Of a DNA stretch of 64,000 bases, positions 60,175 through 64,000 are shown piece after piece. Location: NCBI GenBank assembly GCA_963781885.1, contig CAWAHW010000002.1, positions 672,001 through 736,000 on the forward strand, in the 5' to 3' direction. The notes under the pieces are model-generated. The model was given only the letters and a program-made list of their open reading frames with translations, was not told the DNA's origin and ran no database searches. This DNA comes from an uncultured Spirochaetota bacterium. GTDB lineage: Bacteria > Spirochaetota > Spirochaetia > SZUA-6 > Fen-1364. A program made the position numbers and the translations under genes. Within the stretch, counting starts at the first letter, position 1. Every line of letters begins with the position of its first letter.

Positions 60175-61461
60175 ATGAACCCACTGGCACAGGAATTGAA
60201 TGCCGTTCTCTCCGGCAGCGTCGCGGGCTCACTGCTGTCCCCGCTCGGTCGGAGGCTCTATTTCCCCAAGGGCATCGTCGCGCAGTCCGCGGAGGCCAAG
60301 AAGGGCGCCACGCGCGCCAACGCGACCATCGGCATCGCCACCCGTGAGGGCAAGCCCGTCTTCCTTGACGCTATTCGCTCGCTCGTGCCCGGGCTCGAGC
60401 CCGACGAGATCTTCCCCTATGCGCCCACCCAGGGGGTGGAAAAGCTGAGGGAGCTGTGGAAGAAGGAGATCGTCCAGAAGAATCCCGACATCGGCAGTGC
60501 CGCCTTTTCCCTTCCCCTCGTGGTGGCGGGTCTCACCTGCGGCATCTCGACTCTCGCGGACCTGTTCGCCGACGCGGGCGACACGCTCGTGCTGCCCGAC
60601 CTGCACTGGGACAATTACCCCCTGATCTTCGAGACCCGGCGGGAGGCGACCATCGCCACCTTCCCGTTTTTCAGCGCCGCCGGCGGCTTCAACGTCGACG
60701 CGCTTCGGGCGACCCTCGCCCGCGCGGCGAAATCAGGGAAGGTGCTCCTCCTTCTCAACTTCCCCAACAACCCGACCGGCTATTCCCCGACGCGCGCCGA
60801 GGCGGACGCCATCACCGCCGCGATCCACGACGTGGCGGCGGGCGGCGCGAAGTGTCTCGTCATCACGGACGACGCCTACTTCGGCCTCTTCTATGAGAAG
60901 GACACCTATTGCCAGTCCCTCTTCGCGCGCCTCTGCAGCCTGCATGAAAACGTGCTCGCCGCGAAGGTGGACGGCTCCACGAAGGAAGACCTCACGTGGG
61001 GGTTCCGCACCGGCTTCATCACATTCGGCGGAAAGGGAATCACACCCGCGCAGTACGACGCCCTCACGCGCAAGCTCATGGGTGCCGTGCGCTCCACCGT
61101 TTCCAACTCCAGCATCCTCGCGCAGAGCCTCATCCTCCACGCGATGCAGAGTCCGGATCGTGACGCGCAGAAGCAGGAAGCGGCAAAGATGCTCCGCGAA
61201 CGTTACCTGAAGGTGAAGGGGATCCTGGCTCGGAAAAAAAGCTCCGCCATCGAGCCGCTGCCGTTTAATTCCGGCTATTTCATGGCCTTCAAGCTATTGA
61301 AGGGCAGCGCGGAAGAGCTTCGCAAGACTCTGCTCGCCAAGAGCGGCATCGGCACCATCGCCATCGACGAACACTGCCTGCGGGTCGCCTTTTCCAGCGT
61401 GGACGTGGAGAAACTCGAGGAGCTCTACGATACGATTTACGCCGCCGCGGAGGCAGTGTAG
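60175..61461 (+). CDS. PLP-dependent aminotransferase class I/II
   Basis: NATIG, NFPNNPTGY, DDAY, PLP-Lys in DGSTKE...GFRTG, NSGYF. Confidence 0.92.
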   Translation: MNPLAQELNAVLSGSVAGSLLSPLGRRLYFPKGIVAQSAEAKKGATRANATIGIATREGKPVFLDAIRSLVPGLEPDEIFPYAPTQGVEKLRELWKKEIVQKNPDIGSAAFSLPLVVAGLTCGISTLADLFADAGDTLVLPDLHWDNYPLIFETRREATIATFPFFSAAGGFNVDALRATLARAAKSGKVLLLLNFPNNPTGYSPTRAEADAITAAIHDVAAGGAKCLVITDDAYFGLFYEKDTYCQSLFARLCSLHENVLAAKVDGSTKEDLTWGFRTGFITFGGKGITPAQYDALTRKLMGAVRSTVSNSSILAQSLILHAMQSPDRDAQKQEAAKMLRERYLKVKGILARKKSSAIEPLPFNSGYFMAFKLLKGSAEELRKTLLAKSGIGTIAIDEHCLRVAFSSVDVEKLEELYDTIYAAAEAV

Positions 61462-61605
61462 GCAGGGACGCGTAGCGCCCCGCGCGGCGAGGAGGGCGGT
61501 AGACTGGCCGCCGGTTGTTATAAAACGCTTTTTTCTCTCCCCCTTCATTCCGCATTTATGGATTTGCCGTCGCGCGCAGTCGACCATGATAAGCGGAGGC
61601 AAAAG

Positions 61606-62082
61606 ATGAAGCGAATGATTCCTTTTCTCTTACTGCTGATTCTTCCCGCTGCCCTGTTCGCGCAGAGCCAGCAGACCGCCGAGAACAAGATGCTCAAGCA
61701 ATTCGGTCTCGACGATACGAAAATCGCGCAGGTCATGGACATCCAGAGCAAGACCATGGCCGCGGTCCGGCAGGACGCGGTGCATCTCCAGCTGCTTCGC
61801 GCGCAGTTGGCCCAGGCACTCCTCCCGGCGAAGCCGGACATGACCGCGGTCAATGACCTCATCGGCCAGGAGGCGCAGACCCGGACCGACATCCAGAAGA
61901 CCGTGGTGGGCGCGCGGGTGCAACTGCGGCAGATCATGGGAGACGACAACTTCCGCGTCTATGCATGGCACCTGCGGACGATGTTCGGCAACCGTCTCCG
62001 CGGCAGGGGACAGGGCTTCATGATGAAAGGGGGAATGCGGTCCGGGGGCTCCGCGATGAGTGGCGCCCAGCCGGGCGCATAG
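61606..62082 (+). CDS. secreted Spy/CpxP/ZraP-like helical protein
   Basis: Signal peptide (ALFA-Q), helical LLRAQLAQALL..PDMTAV motif, Gly/Met-rich tail, RBS GGAGG. Confidence 0.65.
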   Translation: MKRMIPFLLLLILPAALFAQSQQTAENKMLKQFGLDDTKIAQVMDIQSKTMAAVRQDAVHLQLLRAQLAQALLPAKPDMTAVNDLIGQEAQTRTDIQKTVVGARVQLRQIMGDDNFRVYAWHLRTMFGNRLRGRGQGFMMKGGMRSGGSAMSGAQPGA

Positions 62083-62155
62083 GCACGAAAGGCTCGCCGC
62101 GTCAGCCGCTCCATGAGATCCGGCGCGGCGGGAGCCCGGGAAAAGCGGCGGGCTC

Positions 62156-62635
62156 CTACTGGTTGACCAGGAGCCTGCCGAGGTCCTTCAGCTCGGTGAT
62201 GCGCTCGTAGACGGGGCGTTTCTTGTCGTGGGCGGCGCGGTCCAGCGCCGTGACCTTCAGGTACAGCTCGTTGATCAGGTCCGAAAGGATCGCGAGATTC
62301 ACGGGAAAGTTCTGCGCGGCCATGTCGCGGAGCACCCTCTCTTGGTCCGTGCTCCCCTGCGCAAGCATCGCGCGGAGATTGGGCACCAGCTTTGCCCGCG
62401 CTTCGTGGATGAAGTGCGCGGCGGCGAGGACCATCTCGTAGAGCTCGTCGAACTGGAAACCCTGCTGGAGGTAGTACTCGGACTTGTTCGTCAGGTTCTC
62501 CAGCCTGTCCCATTCGGCCTGCTGGAGCTCCAGGACGACGAGAGCCTTGCGTATGAAGCGGTTGGAAACATTGTTCAGAAAGTGTTCTCCGATTTTCTCC
62601 ACGATCCTGAAAACATCCGGGTCCTTGATTGTCAC
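62156..62635 (-). CDS. conserved hypothetical all-alpha protein
   Basis: 159-aa ORF with strong host codon bias. Confidence 0.8.
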   Translation of the reverse strand: MTIKDPDVFRIVEKIGEHFLNNVSNRFIRKALVVLELQQAEWDRLENLTNKSEYYLQQGFQFDELYEMVLAAAHFIHEARAKLVPNLRAMLAQGSTDQERVLRDMAAQNFPVNLAILSDLINELYLKVTALDRAAHDKKRPVYERITELKDLGRLLVNQ

Positions 62636-62703
62636 CTTTCGCGCCTCTCAGGATGGAGGGTACGCGTCGCACCGCATCCGGTCAAGGCGCGGCGAAAAGC
62701 GCC

Positions 62704-63684
62704 TCACGGGTCGGGCCGACAGAGCCGGCCCTGGCGCGCCCCGCGGGCGCGCATCTCCCGTGTGAGAAGCGCGATGAACGCCTGCTTGCCGGGGAATGCC
62801 CGCGGCGCCGCCAGTCTTTGCCGCGGCGTGTCGCACGTGAGGCGCATGATCACCGTCTGCGGGGGAAGGAGCTCCAGCGCGGCGATCACGTACTCGATGT
62901 GCCGCCTGGTGCCGGGCACCGTGATCTCGCCCTGGAGGAGCTCGCGGGCGAGCGGGGTCTTGAGCGGCACGTGAAGGTTGTGGATCTTCACCCCATCGGG
63001 CCGCAGGGCAGCGACCCAGCGCGCCGTTGCGGCAACCTCGGGCGCTCCTTCACCCGGCAGCCCGAAGATGAGATGGACCGCCACCTTCAGACCCCGGTCG
63101 GCGAGGAGCCGGTAGGCGGTGAGGAAGTCGGCGGCCGTATGCCCGCGCCCGATCCGCCTCAGCGTCTCGTCATTCGCGGTCTGGAGGCCGAGCTCGACCC
63201 ATACCTCCAGTCCGCGTTCGCGGTAGGACGCCAACAGGTCTGCTTTTTCCGCATCGATGCAGTCCGGCCGGGTGGCGACGTTGAGGCCCTTGAAGGGCGC
63301 GAGGGCGAGCCCCGCGTCATAGACGCGCCGCAGTGTCTCCACCGGCGCGTTGGTGTTGGAGTATGCCTGGAAGAAGAGGATGAACGCTTCGGCCCCGTAG
63401 CGGCGCGTCAGAAAGGACACGGCATTCTGCACCTGCGCGGCAAGCGGTTCGCCGTCTGGCAGCTCACCGTGCGGTGGCAACGGAAGGAATGGCCGGCCGC
63501 AGGCTTCCTGGTAGGGTGCCCGCGACCCGTCCTCGGCACAGAAGGTGCATCCGGATCCCGACCTGCCGCCGCGCCGATGCGGGCAGCCGAACCCTGCGTC
63601 CACCGCCACGCGATAGACCGTGCACCCGTGCCTTTCACGAAGGTAGCGGGCATACGTGAGGTAAGGGGGCTGCGAAACCGGCAT
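62704..63684 (-). CDS. TIGR01212/YhcC-type radical SAM protein
   Basis: DAGFGCPHR...GCTFC, FQAYSNT, ATRPDC, ELGLQT, HLIFGLPGE, GVKIHNLHV. Confidence 0.92.
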   Translation of the reverse strand: MPVSQPPYLTYARYLRERHGCTVYRVAVDAGFGCPHRRGGRSGSGCTFCAEDGSRAPYQEACGRPFLPLPPHGELPDGEPLAAQVQNAVSFLTRRYGAEAFILFFQAYSNTNAPVETLRRVYDAGLALAPFKGLNVATRPDCIDAEKADLLASYRERGLEVWVELGLQTANDETLRRIGRGHTAADFLTAYRLLADRGLKVAVHLIFGLPGEGAPEVAATARWVAALRPDGVKIHNLHVPLKTPLARELLQGEITVPGTRRHIEYVIAALELLPPQTVIMRLTCDTPRQRLAAPRAFPGKQAFIALLTREMRARGARQGRLCRPDP

Positions 63685-63712
63685 GACTCCTGACGATAGC
63701 AGATGGCCGCCA

Positions 63713-63741
63713 TTGACAACAAGAATCGCTCTTCCTACAGT
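63713..63741 (+). promoter_or_regulatory. sigma70-type promoter, probably leaderless
   Basis: TTGACA (63713-18), 17 nt spacer, TACAGT (63736-41). The ATG is at 63749. Confidence 0.7.
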
Positions 63742-63748
63742 GCACGCG

Positions 63749-64000
63749 ATGGCGTGCCTCACGAAAAGCAGAAAGAGACGGGCGCTGGTCGTCGTTTTCC
63801 CCGCCGCGGCGGCGCTCTGCGCACTGCTCGCCGGGTGCGGCCTCGGTCTGGAGCCGACCGTCCAGCTGGTCACGAACAGGCCCGAAATGGCCGCCTATGT
63901 GGACCGGTTCAATGCCGTGCAGTCCGACGTGAAGGTGGAGATCAGTTACCAGGAAACGCCAGCGCAGGCGGTGCTCGACGGGATCGCTGGGGACGTCGTG
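63749..64000 (+). CDS. lipoprotein, probable ABC solute-binding protein (runs off the window)
   Basis: Manual translation MACLTKSRKRRALVVVFPAAAALCALLAG-C (lipobox), then TNRPEMAAYVDRFNAVQSDVKVEISY. Confidence 0.75.
   Translation, partial: MACLTKSRKRRALVVVFPAAAALCALLAGCGLGLEPTVQLVTNRPEMAAYVDRFNAVQSDVKVEISYQETPAQAVLDGIAGDVV

Overview
High-GC bacterial window, probably from an uncultured free-living spirochaete. This is an inference from the Treponema-style lipoprotein at the right edge, the murD neighbourhood and several spirochaete-type hypothetical proteins. The first ~40 kb is a contiguous energy-metabolism cluster. It holds a TCA operon (two tandem mdh, sdhA, sucCD, sucAB, gltA) divergent from an atpI-less F-type ATP synthase operon with CPR/Microgenomates-like features and an Asp->Asn change in the beta Walker B. 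Next come a TPR gene, fumC, a flavin oxidoreductase, a complete nuoA-N operon with fused CD, and menA-menG-polyprenyl synthase. The right part carries a hybrid kinase, ppdK with a ~80-aa histone-H1-like tail, rubrerythrin, a multidomain CoA-activase, murD, GTP-PEPCK and a NifA-like activator. It also has two spacer-less tandem arrays of GTAG-type palindromic (REP-like) units, one of which recurs as an in-frame coding insertion. About 13 frameshifts hit otherwise intact genes, five of them at CCGGGCA, and are most likely systematic assembly errors. Several genes appear to be leaderless. No CRISPR array, rRNA, tRNA or transposase was recognised.
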